38,179 nucleotides of DNA from a virus, in the IMG/VR virus record IMGVR_UViG_3300048913_000162. The stretch is one strand, 5' to 3'. Below the pieces are notes generated by a model. That model had not been told where the DNA came from. It did no database searches and worked only from the letters and a program-made list of their open reading frames with translations. Shown in pieces: positions 8,008 to 17,355 of the stretch. Position numbers and translations under genes: made by a program. Numbering within the stretch: the stretch's first letter is position 1; every line of letters begins with the position of its first letter.

Positions 8008-9800
8008 AGGACACCTCCACCATGGACAAGGTAGTCCGTCGATGCCCACCGAAGATTGGCGTTCATCACATAGCCCTTCATGTGGCCCGAGAGGCAGTAG
8101 CCAATCGCAAAGGCGGTTTGCCAGTCACGCTTGATAGCCAGGTCGCCGCCCCACACGCCAGTACCGTCCCATGTTGAGGAGTCCCAGATAGCCGGCGCCG
8201 GGCTCGTTGGTGAAAACGAAGGATTACCGAGCGGATCTGATGTATCGAAATCGGCGTTCACGCCAAAAAGAATCGTCGGAAACCCATCGGTTGAAATGAT
8301 CGGCCGCACCATGTTTACCTTCTTCTGCTGAGCATTCCGGCCGAAGTAATTAAATGATTGCTGCCCATTGAAATTGATGTTCGTGCCCGCGTCAGCGTTC
8401 GTGTCCCATGCCTTGCACACGCCGCCCGCAGTACCGAAGTACAGAAGATCCCCATGCAGTTCAAAGCACGTGGCGTTCCAGCCTGAAAACCTCGACCACG
8501 CCCCGGTGATTGTGTTCATCGCTGCCTGTACCGATATCGTCGCAGTGACCGGGATATTCAGCAGTAGCATGTTTTCCTTCGGGAGGAGGGCAACCTCCCA
8601 TCCGAAATTGGAGCCATATGCGGTGATGTAGTTGCTGATTGCGTGCTGGATTTTGTCGGTCAACATCTCCTGCGAATTCACGCGGGACGACATCAAAGCC
8701 TTGGAAAGCGGTGCCAGACCGTCACGGGAAATCAACGTCAGATCCCCTGCGTATTTCATGAGGCAGCGCCGACCAACCGGTGAGCCAACGTCGAAGACCC
8801 CGATCAGAGCCCAAGTTGATGCGCTGGCTGGATCGGTGCCCTTGTACACAGCCACTTGGCCTTGGGACGATACGAACACCGCGTAATCGTCCATGCCATA
8901 GCCGGCGTCCAGGGACCAATCGCCCATCGCCATAAGATAGCCGCCCGCGCTGAAGATGCTTCCGAAGTCAAGCTGCTGCGCAGCGCCGCCAATCGAGAGC
9001 GTGGGCAAATACCAGACGCGGCAGCTGTTCTTCTCAATGAACCAGAGCCGATTTTTGAACGCGTTGACGGTAATGAGTGTGGTCGGGGCGACACCAGTAA
9101 TGGCGAAGTTCGCGGCCGGCGTCACTGTTCCGGTCACTGTCGTCACCCCCAAAGCTCCAGCGAGGACATAGGTGAACGTCGAGGCGCCAGTTACGGTGAT
9201 CGTGTACGTACCGTTGTAGCCTGCCGGGGTGAAGCCAGCAACCACAACCTGCATCCCCGTCTTGAGGTTGTGCGGGTTCGCCATCGTGACTGTAGCCAGG
9301 GTGCCCACGCTGGTGATACTAGTGACGGTCGTATTGAATGCGGCGCCGAAGATGTTGCCCCATGACGTGCCATTGAACACTAGCGGCAAATCAGATCCAT
9401 TTGCCATCACAAGAAAATTACCGCCTGCCGTACCGAAGTTTGCATGCTGCCATTTGTCGCCGAGATTTCCAGATACCACGGGTGCGCCCACAGCGCCCGC
9501 GGAACTAGAATCGTAGACGTTGGCCCCAGCAGCAGCGAACAACTTGATTGACCCCGATGGCGGCGCGTAGGAGCACAGCGAGTTGACGGTGCCGGTAATG
9601 CCCGTCGAGTAGTTGCTATACCCATAGCGCACCATTACGTCATACGGCGTGCAGAAGAAGTTCTCGAGCATCACAGCATCGGCCGGCTTCATTTCTGCAA
9701 GTGGATCACGCGCGTTCCACCCCCCTACAGGAGCCGGCACGGAGAGCGTGCTTCCCACCTGCGTACGCGTGAGCCTTTTTTGCGGGGCGCGCATGATCAC
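8004..9800 (-). CDS. Tail hub / gatekeeper-type virion structural protein (positional analogue of P22 gp10)
   Basis: 598-aa ORF coupled to its neighbours (GTGA overlap at 9800; alternative ATG at 9794). Function assigned by synteny only. Confidence 0.5.
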   Translation of the reverse strand: MIMRAPQKRLTRTQVGSTLSVPAPVGGWNARDPLAEMKPADAVMLENFFCTPYDVMVRYGYSNYSTGITGTVNSLCSYAPPSGSIKLFAAAGANVYDSSSAGAVGAPVVSGNLGDKWQHANFGTAGGNFLVMANGSDLPLVFNGTSWGNIFGAAFNTTVTSITSVGTLATVTMANPHNLKTGMQVVVAGFTPAGYNGTYTITVTGASTFTYVLAGALGVTTVTGTVTPAANFAITGVAPTTLITVNAFKNRLWFIEKNSCRVWYLPTLSIGGAAQQLDFGSIFSAGGYLMAMGDWSLDAGYGMDDYAVFVSSQGQVAVYKGTDPASASTWALIGVFDVGSPVGRRCLMKYAGDLTLISRDGLAPLSKALMSSRVNSQEMLTDKIQHAISNYITAYGSNFGWEVALLPKENMLLLNIPVTATISVQAAMNTITGAWSRFSGWNATCFELHGDLLYFGTAGGVCKAWDTNADAGTNINFNGQQSFNYFGRNAQQKKVNMVRPIISTDGFPTILFGVNADFDTSDPLGNPSFSPTSPAPAIWDSSTWDGTGVWGGDLAIKRDWQTAFAIGYCLSGHMKGYVMNANLRWASTDYLVHGGGVL

Positions 9801-10504
9801 TGCCCAAAAGATCCGCGAGGGACCAAGACAACGGGCTGGATTTCGACGACGCCGCCGCTCATGTCCAACTTCGGCTTGCTGCCATCGCGCGCCATCGCAT
9901 CCGCCACGCGCCGTTCATACTTCGCGTAGTCCTCCGCATAATCCAGCCCCTTGGCAGCTTTCCAGCGCCAGATGACGCCCAGCACAATCAGTTGGCCGTC
10001 GATCTTAGGTGTGTCAGTATCCGCCGTCCAGGTATCAGACGTTCCGCCAGTCGTCGAGACCCATGAGCGCGATTGATACTCGAATGCGCACGTTTGGCCG
10101 GCTTCCGGATTGGGATAAAAGTTGATCGCGTCCGCGATGATGCGGAACGAGTTGAACGGCCCATTGATCTGGTTGGCCTTCGCCTCCTGCCAATCTTGCT
10201 GGGATTTCGGCCCATATACCGGACGTCGCAGCGTACGGTTCCAGATTGTGTCGTTGACGACATAATCGAAGCCACTCGTGATAGCCGCGAGAGTGGTTTG
10301 TACTTGGGCTGCCACCGTCGTGAATGTGGCCTCCACCTGCAACGCCTCCCATGGATACCGCGTGGCGAGCTCCTGACCTTCCTCCTCGGCCAGCGACACG
10401 AGCTGGATGATTTGCTGGTCCGTCGCCGTGACGGCGGCATTAGGCGACAGAATGCCGATGCGCTTACATGCGGTCTGGATGATCTGGAGGCACGTAAGCG
10501 CCAT
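9797..10504 (-). CDS. Head-to-tail adaptor-type structural protein (positional assignment)
   Basis: 235 aa with an ATG start, lying between the head and tail-hub genes. The N-terminus MALTCLQIIQTACKRIGILSPN..TATDQQIIQLVSLAEEEGQEL is typical of podovirus adaptor-region proteins, as far as I can recall. Confidence 0.45.
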   Translation of the reverse strand: MALTCLQIIQTACKRIGILSPNAAVTATDQQIIQLVSLAEEEGQELATRYPWEALQVEATFTTVAAQVQTTLAAITSGFDYVVNDTIWNRTLRRPVYGPKSQQDWQEAKANQINGPFNSFRIIADAINFYPNPEAGQTCAFEYQSRSWVSTTGGTSDTWTADTDTPKIDGQLIVLGVIWRWKAAKGLDYAEDYAKYERRVADAMARDGSKPKLDMSGGVVEIQPVVLVPRGSFGQ

Positions 10505-10507
10505 GTT

Positions 10508-11122
10508 TTACTCCACGGTTTCAGCGCGCGGCCGGCCGCGCTTGGGTTTCTCTTCTTCGATCGAATCGAGGCGCGCAGCAAGTGCGGCGATCTGCTCCTG
10601 CAGGCGCCGGTTTTCTTCCTTGGTGTCGGCAAGTTCCTTCACGACTGGGGACAGGTCTTTCTTGGCCTGAATGTCAGCCTTGGCCATGTCGCGCAGCACG
10701 CGGCCATCAAGGCCAATTTCGCCAAGCGACGAATCGGGCACCGCGGCCAGATCTTCCACGGTAGGGAAGCGGCGCGCCAGTTGTTCGCGGCGCGACTTGA
10801 GGATGCGTTCCCATGTGATGATCGGCGTACCATTACGAGGGATCTCCTTGCCGTCGCGGTGCATCTCCAGACCGGACTGGAATTCCTTGACCCATGCCAT
10901 GTCATAGCGACCTTCACGCGCCTCCTTGGCCTTGCGCTCGATGAACTCCTCGGCGAAGAATTCGAGCGGATCGCCCTTGTGCCCATGCGGCGAAATCAGG
11001 ATGAACGTAACGATGCGTGGGACTTCGTAACCAAGCTCCGAGGAAGCGGCGGCATCGACGCCGTGCTCACGGTCTTGGAACATGAAAAACGGTACTCTGG
11101 ACATCGGGTCGGCGTAGGCCAT
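10508..11122 (-). CDS. Virion-module protein with a C-terminal coiled coil and an AT-hook-like KRGRPR tail
   Basis: 204 aa with AAGGAG 7 nt before the ATG. C-terminus: ENRRLQEQIAALAARLDSIEEEKPKRGRPRAETVE. Confidence 0.5.
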   Translation of the reverse strand: MAYADPMSRVPFFMFQDREHGVDAAASSELGYEVPRIVTFILISPHGHKGDPLEFFAEEFIERKAKEAREGRYDMAWVKEFQSGLEMHRDGKEIPRNGTPIITWERILKSRREQLARRFPTVEDLAAVPDSSLGEIGLDGRVLRDMAKADIQAKKDLSPVVKELADTKEENRRLQEQIAALAARLDSIEEEKPKRGRPRAETVE

Positions 11123-11203
11123 TGAATTCTCCTTTTGTAAGCGGTAGCGCTTATCGATGCCCGGTCAGCATTGATAAGCGCCCTCGTAAGAGGACGCCTG
11201 CGG

Positions 11204-11920
11204 TCAGGTGATCGCGCCTTGGGCATACGGGTAGTTGATAACGCCCGAGCCGTAGCCGGTGTAGGTGCCGGTCAGGGTGATGCTGCCGGTAGCCGTCGAG
11301 TTCTTGTCGCCGAACGTGCCGATAGCCGAGCCGGTGTAGATGCGCTTGCCGTCCGGGTCCAGGCCAGCGACCACGGTCGACGCCGGGATGCCGGTGCCGG
11401 ACAACGCCATGCCGAGGAAGAAGCCGTCGTAACCCTTCGCGCAGAACAGAACGTTGGTGCCGTTCTGGGTCTGCGCAGTGACGGTCGTTGTGCCGGTGGC
11501 AGCCACACGATTGCGCACGCCGACCATCTGCTTGCCAGCAGCCAGCGTCCCGGCGATGCCGGCAGCCGTGATGCCGATACCGGCATCCGCAGCAACCGTC
11601 GCATTGGTCTTGTAGACGGCGCGGCCTTCGACTTGCACCCACCCGTACACGCCGGATGCCATCGGGGCCATTGCAACACCGAACGGGAAGCCCTGATTGG
11701 CCGTGTTCGGCAGCAGGGCGCCGCTGAACGTCTCGTCCCACATCACCAGCGAGCCCTTGAGGATCGCGTCGGCGCTCTTGATGTACATGAACGTGCCCAG
11801 ACCCCAATACGGGTCCACGGCAACGACTTTTGTGCCCAGCACATGACGCTGGGTAGTATCCGGCGTGAACCAGTCGTTGAACGGCTGGGTCCCGGCAAAT
11901 CCATTAATTGCAGCAAACAT
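11204..11920 (-). CDS. Putative head decoration / cement protein
   Basis: 238 aa immediately downstream of the coat gene. The N-terminal half has a DUF2190-like pattern (GSLVMWDE...GFPFGVAMAPMASGVYGWVQVEG) and the C-terminal half is Gly/Thr-rich. Confidence 0.45.
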   Translation of the reverse strand: MFAAINGFAGTQPFNDWFTPDTTQRHVLGTKVVAVDPYWGLGTFMYIKSADAILKGSLVMWDETFSGALLPNTANQGFPFGVAMAPMASGVYGWVQVEGRAVYKTNATVAADAGIGITAAGIAGTLAAGKQMVGVRNRVAATGTTTVTAQTQNGTNVLFCAKGYDGFFLGMALSGTGIPASTVVAGLDPDGKRIYTGSAIGTFGDKNSTATGSITLTGTYTGYGSGVINYPYAQGAIT

Positions 11921-11963
11921 TCTTGTTCCTTTCGCGCCGCGGAGGCGCCAAAATTGGAATCGA

Positions 11964-11981
11964 GGCGCACCGAAGCGCGCC
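11964..11981 (-). promoter_or_regulatory. Stable stem-loop with a UUCG tetraloop just after the coat gene stop (possible attenuator or mRNA stabiliser)
   Basis: The mRNA strand reads GGCGCGC-UUCG-GUGCGCC: 7 bp including one G-U pair. Confidence 0.45.
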
Positions 11982-11987
11982 GCCGAA

Positions 11988-12986
11988 TTACGCTTTCATG
12001 ACGCCTTGCAGCGAGCGGTTGGACACGGCCAGGTTGCCCTGCCAGATGATCGTCTTGACCAGCGCGTCCTGATTGATCGACTCCACGTCGTCCAGCATGG
12101 TGATGTTCGCGTCCTTGTGGACGACGAGATCCATGTAGTTCGTATTCAGGAAATACGCGTGCGCAGACGGGATGCCGCCCGACGAATCGAAGAAGACATC
12201 GGCGGTCTTGTACTTCATGCCGATCATGCCGCCCTTGCCGGTTTCGTCGCCGGAGGTGTAGCGCTTCAGCGAGGTCTGCGACTGCTCGTAGAACGTGAAG
12301 TAGTCGTCGGACATCACGATCAGGTTCGGCATGTCCATGCCGCGCGTCAGCTTGATCCACAGCGGCAGCATCAGCGACTCGATCGTCGTTGCGCTCGGGG
12401 TGATGGCGGAGCCGCCTTGCAGTGGAGCGGCGGCCGACTGGACGACGTTCTGCCAGAAGGCATACGTGCTGCTGTTGATGCCGCCCACCGTGCCGGTGCC
12501 GGCGTCGGCGATCAGAGCTTGCAGGCCATTGATTTGGTTCGCCGCGGTGCCGTCGCTGTACATGTCAGTGGACAGGCCATTGGCGAACGAGTGCTGGGCG
12601 TTGCGCACCTTCGCCTTGACGAAGTTGATGATGCGGTTCTCGCCCGAGTTGGTGCGCATTTCGAGGCCGGAGACAGCCAGATTGACGGCCACTTGACGCC
12701 ACGGGAATTCAGCGGCGGTCAGCACGTCGACGGCCGAGATGTTCAGCACGTCGTAACCGCTGTAACGCTGGTACGTCGAGTTGTTGGCGTATTCGAGCGG
12801 CTGCACGATCGACAGGCCGCCGTCTTCCAGACGAACCTTGCCGCCGTCCGTCAACTTGCGATACAGCGCGTTGTGCTTCGAGATGTTGTCAGCGATGTCC
12901 TTGCTGTGATTGCGGAAGGTCGTCGTGACCAGTTCGGAGAAGACGGCGAAGTTGCCGGCTGCGTAACCTTGTCCTGGGGAGGCCAT
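11988..12986 (-). CDS. Major capsid protein
   Basis: 332 aa directly after the scaffold gene, with a TAGGAG RBS. Size and position fit an HK97-fold coat protein. Confidence 0.8.
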   Translation of the reverse strand: MASPGQGYAAGNFAVFSELVTTTFRNHSKDIADNISKHNALYRKLTDGGKVRLEDGGLSIVQPLEYANNSTYQRYSGYDVLNISAVDVLTAAEFPWRQVAVNLAVSGLEMRTNSGENRIINFVKAKVRNAQHSFANGLSTDMYSDGTAANQINGLQALIADAGTGTVGGINSSTYAFWQNVVQSAAAPLQGGSAITPSATTIESLMLPLWIKLTRGMDMPNLIVMSDDYFTFYEQSQTSLKRYTSGDETGKGGMIGMKYKTADVFFDSSGGIPSAHAYFLNTNYMDLVVHKDANITMLDDVESINQDALVKTIIWQGNLAVSNRSLQGVMKA

Positions 12987-13001
12987 GTAATGCTCCTATG
13001 T

Positions 13002-14066
13002 TTATGCGCCCTGCAAACGACGCAGGGTTTCGCGGATGGTGTCGTCCATAGAACCTATGGGCTGGGCTGTTGGCATGGCCGGGCGGCGCGGTACGTTGAC
13101 GCTTGCCGCAGCCTTTGCCGCTTGCGCCTTCTTCGCCGCTTCCTCGCGCTGCGCGGCGGCCTGCTGCTGTAGAACAGCGGCGCGCGTGACGGGGTTGGCG
13201 TAGACGGCTTGCTCATAGGCATCCGCGAGGTCTTTGGCCTGTCCCGCTTGCAGTAGCGCGGACATGTGGCCTCGGACAGCCTCGAAATGACTATGTGACG
13301 GGTCAGCAGCGAATGCGGCAATCTCGCTGTTGAGCGCGGCTTCCGCCTGCTGCTGAGCCGTCTGTTGATACGTTTGAAGCTGCGTTTGCAGCTGCTGATT
13401 CTGGTTCTGCAGCGCGAACACATTCGGGTCGACCTGGGCCATGTGCTGTGCTGCACCGGCCAAGTCGATACCGTAGTTGTGCGCGAGCTGCGCGAAATAC
13501 GCGGTTTTCTCTTCCGGCGATCCGTGGCGCAGCTTGTGGTCTGCTGCCATCAGTTCGCCAATGGCGCGATCAGGCGAGATGCCCAGCTGTTGCAGGGTCT
13601 GCTGATAGGGCGCCATGGCGCGTTCGATCGTTTGAGCGAACGCGGCTTGGGTCTTGTACTGCTCGATGCCGCGATGCATGTCCTGCTCGCGGCGCTCGAC
13701 TTCGGCGCGGACTTCCGGCGGAAGCGTGGCCCACTTGGCGGCCACTTCCTTTTTCCACGTGTTCGGAGGAGGGCTGACGGCATCGGCTGGCGCGGCGTCA
13801 GCAGGTGCTGTGGCTTCGTCGGCCGGGGCAGTATTTGGGCCCGGCTTGGCGGCGAACTTGCCTTGAGCGTCCCGGATGCGCGCGGCAGCGGCTTCCGGCT
13901 CCTCAACGGCACCAGCGGCCACGCCATTTTCAGGCGCGGCCATGGTGCTTTCCTCGGGAGATTGCAGGTTGCGCAAAGTCTCCCGGATGGTGTCATCCAT
14001 GGACTTCGGCGCGTCTTCATGCTGAGCTTCAACTTCGGGGGTAGCCCCTTGGTCTTCGATAGCCAT
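13002..14066 (-). CDS. Scaffolding protein
   Basis: 354 aa, strongly Ala/Gln/Glu-rich and helical, located between the portal region and the coat gene. Confidence 0.7.
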   Translation of the reverse strand: MAIEDQGATPEVEAQHEDAPKSMDDTIRETLRNLQSPEESTMAAPENGVAAGAVEEPEAAAARIRDAQGKFAAKPGPNTAPADEATAPADAAPADAVSPPPNTWKKEVAAKWATLPPEVRAEVERREQDMHRGIEQYKTQAAFAQTIERAMAPYQQTLQQLGISPDRAIGELMAADHKLRHGSPEEKTAYFAQLAHNYGIDLAGAAQHMAQVDPNVFALQNQNQQLQTQLQTYQQTAQQQAEAALNSEIAAFAADPSHSHFEAVRGHMSALLQAGQAKDLADAYEQAVYANPVTRAAVLQQQAAAQREEAAKKAQAAKAAASVNVPRRPAMPTAQPIGSMDDTIRETLRRLQGA

Positions 14067-14099
14067 CTTTACTCCTGTCGTTGACCGGTATCCGGTCCT

Positions 14100-14117
14100 G
14101 GCGCCATCACGGCGTTT
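14100..14117 (-). repeat. Late-operon stem-loop motif, copy upstream of the scaffold gene
   Basis: The mRNA strand reads AAACGCCGTGATGGCGCC: a CGCC/GGCG stem with a GUGA-type loop. Confidence 0.6.
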
Positions 14118-14198
14118 AGTCCTACATGCTCAATTATATGCCTATTCGCAAGAATTTCACTCAGGAATTGGCAATTCTTGGCATTTTATTGCCAAGTG

Positions 14199-14414
14199 CT
14201 ACGAGAGTGCTGTTTGAATCTGCGATGCTGCCTGTGCGGCGGTATTGGATGACGTGACCTGAACCCATCGGCTTCGGCCGGCGTAGGGCGCAGTGACGCC
14301 AACCGCGTACACGTCCGTGATGGTAGGGCCGGGGATCAGCGTCTCAATGTTGATGGTGCGGCCGGTCGACGCGGAATCGAGTTGGGCGACAAGCTGAGCT
14401 TCTGTGAATGCCAT
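14199..14414 (-). CDS. Hypothetical protein (71 aa)
   Basis: ATG preceded by a GGAGAAATC RBS; operon position. Confidence 0.55.
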   Translation of the reverse strand: MAFTEAQLVAQLDSASTGRTINIETLIPGPTITDVYAVGVTAPYAGRSRWVQVTSSNTAAQAASQIQTALS

Positions 14415-14422
14415 GATTTCTC

Positions 14423-14815
14423 CTATGTGCCAGCCAACAGGGCGGCTTTCTTACTCGGGGGCAGGGCTGCCCATGTCTGACGCACAGTGGCGTCAAGCTT
14501 TTCTTCCAGCTTCGCCTCATCTGCGGCCCTGCGCTTGGCCGCTTCGCGCCGCTCGACGTCCTGACCTTCCCAATCGCGGCAGCCGGCACGCTTCATGTCT
14601 TCGCGTCGCTCGGCGTAGCTGGTGATTAGCTTGCCCGTGGCAGGCGATTCGTAGGCATCCCATGGGGCGATGTCAGGGCGAGCCATGGGGGCCGAGAGGA
14701 TGCGTTTGCTCGTGGGTGTGCCGCAGCATTCTGGCGTGTCCATACAGGCAGAGACAGGGCGCACATACTCGTGGTATTTGCCGCACTTAAGACAAACGGC
14801 TTCATAGACCGGCAT
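14423..14815 (-). CDS. Zinc-ribbon protein (FmdB-like CxxC...CC arrangement) downstream of the portal
   Basis: N-terminus MPVYEAVCLKCGKYHEYVRPVSACMDTPECCGTP. TAATG overlap with the portal stop. Confidence 0.6.
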   Translation of the reverse strand: MPVYEAVCLKCGKYHEYVRPVSACMDTPECCGTPTSKRILSAPMARPDIAPWDAYESPATGKLITSYAERREDMKRAGCRDWEGQDVERREAAKRRAADEAKLEEKLDATVRQTWAALPPSKKAALLAGT

Positions 14816-17049
14816 TATTCGCCCTCCGATTGCGTGGCCGCGCTGATCTGCGCCGCTTGCAGCGTGCTGCCGGCGGCAATTTCGGCTACTTCGATCTTTG
14901 CCGCGTTATTGATGTGCGCGAGGATCACGGAGAGTTGCTGCTCGGCGGCTTTCATGCGCTCGTCAGACGCGATGCGCATTTGCTCGAGCGCAGCTTCGTT
15001 CTGCATTTGCAGGTGCGCACGCTGCGCTTCCAGTTGGTTCTGCTGCTCCACTTGTGCGGCCTGCATCTGCTGCTTGTGCTCCTCGGCCTGCATGGAGATT
15101 TGCGCTTCCATCTGCGCACGCTGCTGGTCGAACTGCAGTTGCCGCTGGTTCTGCTGGTCGGCCAGTTGAGCCTTCATCTGCTCAAGCTGAGCCGTCATCT
15201 GGAGCTTCTGCTGTTCGATCTGCGCCTGGCCGGCATGAGGATCTGGAGGCGGGGGCGGCTGCTGAATCTTGCTGATGACATCCTCGATTGCTGTGCCCAT
15301 CTTCGCCCGGCGTGTCACTACCAGCATCAGTTCCTTGAGCACTTCGACCGACATAGCGCCCTGCTGTACGGCCGGACCGAAGCCTTGGATAAGCTGCGTG
15401 AGGCCAGTCAGAACCTCTTTCAGGCCTTGCATGTCGCTGTCTTGCGTGGCCGACAAGGTGCTGTCCGTTTCGATGTCGACGCGATAGGTGCGCGTTGCGT
15501 CGCTGCGCATCGCCTGAACGACGGCCTCCCATGTGATCGGGTCGGGCGGAAGTTGTGGCGGCGGTGGAGGCTGCTGGCCCGTCTGCATGGCATTTTGGGC
15601 GACCTGCTGGTACTGCAGCATTGCCATCTGCTTCTTTTGGTCGACTTCCGCTTGGTGCGGCAATTGAACCAGCGTCATTTGTTCAAGCGTCTCGGGCTGG
15701 AACTTCTCGCTGATGACCTCGGCTTTCAAGCGGATGAGGTCGCGGATATAGCGCTGCGTCTCCTTCTGAAGGCGTTGCAGCCGCTGCGTGCCCCATTGCG
15801 TCTTGATCTTCTGCGCGCCGAACGTCTCATTCGGGTCGCTGGCACTCCGCATGATGTCGCTGATGCCGGTGATCTCGTAGATGACTTGTTTGGTCGCGTC
15901 GCGCTGGAGATACAACTCCTTGAGGACTGCTGCCGCCACGTCGATCGGCATCATCCAGATAGCTTTGTCCAGGCCGCCGCGGTCGATCAGGGCCGCTGCG
16001 TTCGCGCTGGCGACGAGCTCGTTATCGCCCGACTTCATCAACTGCGAAAGCTCGCCCAAGGTCGAATCGTAGATGCCGCGCACGCGTAACGCGTCGATCA
16101 GCTTGTTGATCCGCATGCTGATGCGGTTCAGCTCCCTCGCCTGCTGCTCGTATTGCGTGAACAGGCAGGTAGGGACTAGCGTCTGGTCGTTCTGGATGGC
16201 GTACAGCGGGCGCGGAGCAGGGAAGAAGCCCGAAAGCTCAAGCGGATCGTCCTGCTCCTTGCATGGCCGCGCGTAGCTCGTGCTGATCCAGATGACTTTC
16301 TTCTCTGTCTTGTCCCAGATTTCCCAAACCTCGGCCGTCTTGAACAGGTCCGCCTCGCTCTCCCGGGCGTTCTTGATATCGTCATCAGCCGCGGCGTCCA
16401 GCTGGATTGCGTTGCCGATTTCGTCACCAAATTTGGCGATACAGTCGGCGCGCGTGAGACGATGTCTGAAGCCGATCGCCGTCACGTCTTCCCAGCACTT
16501 GGCCGCACAAAGGATACGGAAGTCGTCATATTGAACGCGCTCGCAGATGACTTGTTCCCACGCGATTTCCTCGTAGGGTTCGGCCGAAGAGTCAGCGTCT
16601 TCGTCCTCGGCCGGCGTGGCACGGATATCGGGCACATAGCGCACGCGGGAAACGGCGCGGCCTGCAAGCAGCATTGCAAGCACGTCGTCCTGTAGTAACC
16701 CGTCGAAGTCGTAGGTGTCTTGGCAGAATTCGAGCGCCCGCGTCAGCACCTCGCCAACAGCCTGCCCGAGCGGGTCGGCGTCCTGATATCGGCGGCGCAC
16801 ATCGGGCTGTGGCAACGAGTTGTACACCGCCTGGCGGAGCGTCTCGGTGTTCGTCCACAGGATATTGAAGGAATTCGCCTCGGGGGATTCGGGCGTGTAC
16901 CGCTTGTAGACGTCGGCGGCCTTCTTGCGCCACTCTTTCTCACGCTTGTCCGCAAGCTTGAGTTCAAGCTTCCAGCGACGCGCCACGGCTTCGGGGGATT
17001 GCCCCAAGTCCTGCGGTCGCTCAAGGCTATTCGCGTTTGAGTCGTTCAT
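14815..17049 (-). CDS. Portal protein with a long Gln-rich C-terminal helical extension (P22-like barrel)
   Basis: 744 aa downstream of TerL. The C-terminal ~150 aa are a Q/E/A-rich heptad-like sequence (QQKLQMTAQLEQMKAQLADQQNQRQLQFDQQRAQMEAQ...). Confidence 0.85.
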   Translation of the reverse strand: MNDSNANSLERPQDLGQSPEAVARRWKLELKLADKREKEWRKKAADVYKRYTPESPEANSFNILWTNTETLRQAVYNSLPQPDVRRRYQDADPLGQAVGEVLTRALEFCQDTYDFDGLLQDDVLAMLLAGRAVSRVRYVPDIRATPAEDEDADSSAEPYEEIAWEQVICERVQYDDFRILCAAKCWEDVTAIGFRHRLTRADCIAKFGDEIGNAIQLDAAADDDIKNARESEADLFKTAEVWEIWDKTEKKVIWISTSYARPCKEQDDPLELSGFFPAPRPLYAIQNDQTLVPTCLFTQYEQQARELNRISMRINKLIDALRVRGIYDSTLGELSQLMKSGDNELVASANAAALIDRGGLDKAIWMMPIDVAAAVLKELYLQRDATKQVIYEITGISDIMRSASDPNETFGAQKIKTQWGTQRLQRLQKETQRYIRDLIRLKAEVISEKFQPETLEQMTLVQLPHQAEVDQKKQMAMLQYQQVAQNAMQTGQQPPPPPQLPPDPITWEAVVQAMRSDATRTYRVDIETDSTLSATQDSDMQGLKEVLTGLTQLIQGFGPAVQQGAMSVEVLKELMLVVTRRAKMGTAIEDVISKIQQPPPPPDPHAGQAQIEQQKLQMTAQLEQMKAQLADQQNQRQLQFDQQRAQMEAQISMQAEEHKQQMQAAQVEQQNQLEAQRAHLQMQNEAALEQMRIASDERMKAAEQQLSVILAHINNAAKIEVAEIAAGSTLQAAQISAATQSEGE

Positions 17050-17055
17050 ATTTCC

Positions 17056-17071
17056 AGCGCCTCACGGCGTT
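17056..17071 (-). repeat. Late-operon stem-loop motif, copy upstream of the portal gene
   Basis: The mRNA strand reads AACGCCGTGAGGCGCTGGAAATATG. Confidence 0.6.
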
Positions 17072-17089
17072 AAGGATGCGATTTGGGGT

Positions 17090-17329
17090 CTATGCCAAGG
17101 CTACGATGCCTGTAGCCGTCGTACCGGTGCTCATGATCCGGCCTTGGTCGAGCATGACAGGTAGGATTTGCCCGGCAGTCACGGCGAACAGTACGCCGGT
17201 GCTTGAGCCATCCTTGCTGATAGTGACGTTGCCGGCGCCGCCGATGAAAATGGCGCGGCAATTAATGAGCGTGGTATCGCTGGGGGTGACAGTTTGGAAA
17301 CTGCCAAATGTCATGACGGTCTGTTGCAT
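17090..17329 (-). CDS. Hypothetical protein (79 aa) between TerL and the portal
   Basis: The internal ATG at 17329 has GGAG 7 nt upstream. The longer ORF-track start would overlap TerL. Confidence 0.55.
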   Translation of the reverse strand: MQQTVMTFGSFQTVTPSDTTLINCRAIFIGGAGNVTISKDGSSTGVLFAVTAGQILPVMLDQGRIMSTGTTATGIVALA

Positions 17330-17339
17330 GGTCTGCTCC

Positions 17340-17355
17340 TGCGCCTCACGGCGTT
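17340..17355 (-). repeat. Late-operon stem-loop motif, copy overlapping the TerL stop
   Basis: The mRNA strand reads AAACGCCGTGAGGCGCAGGAGCAGACCATG. Confidence 0.6.
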
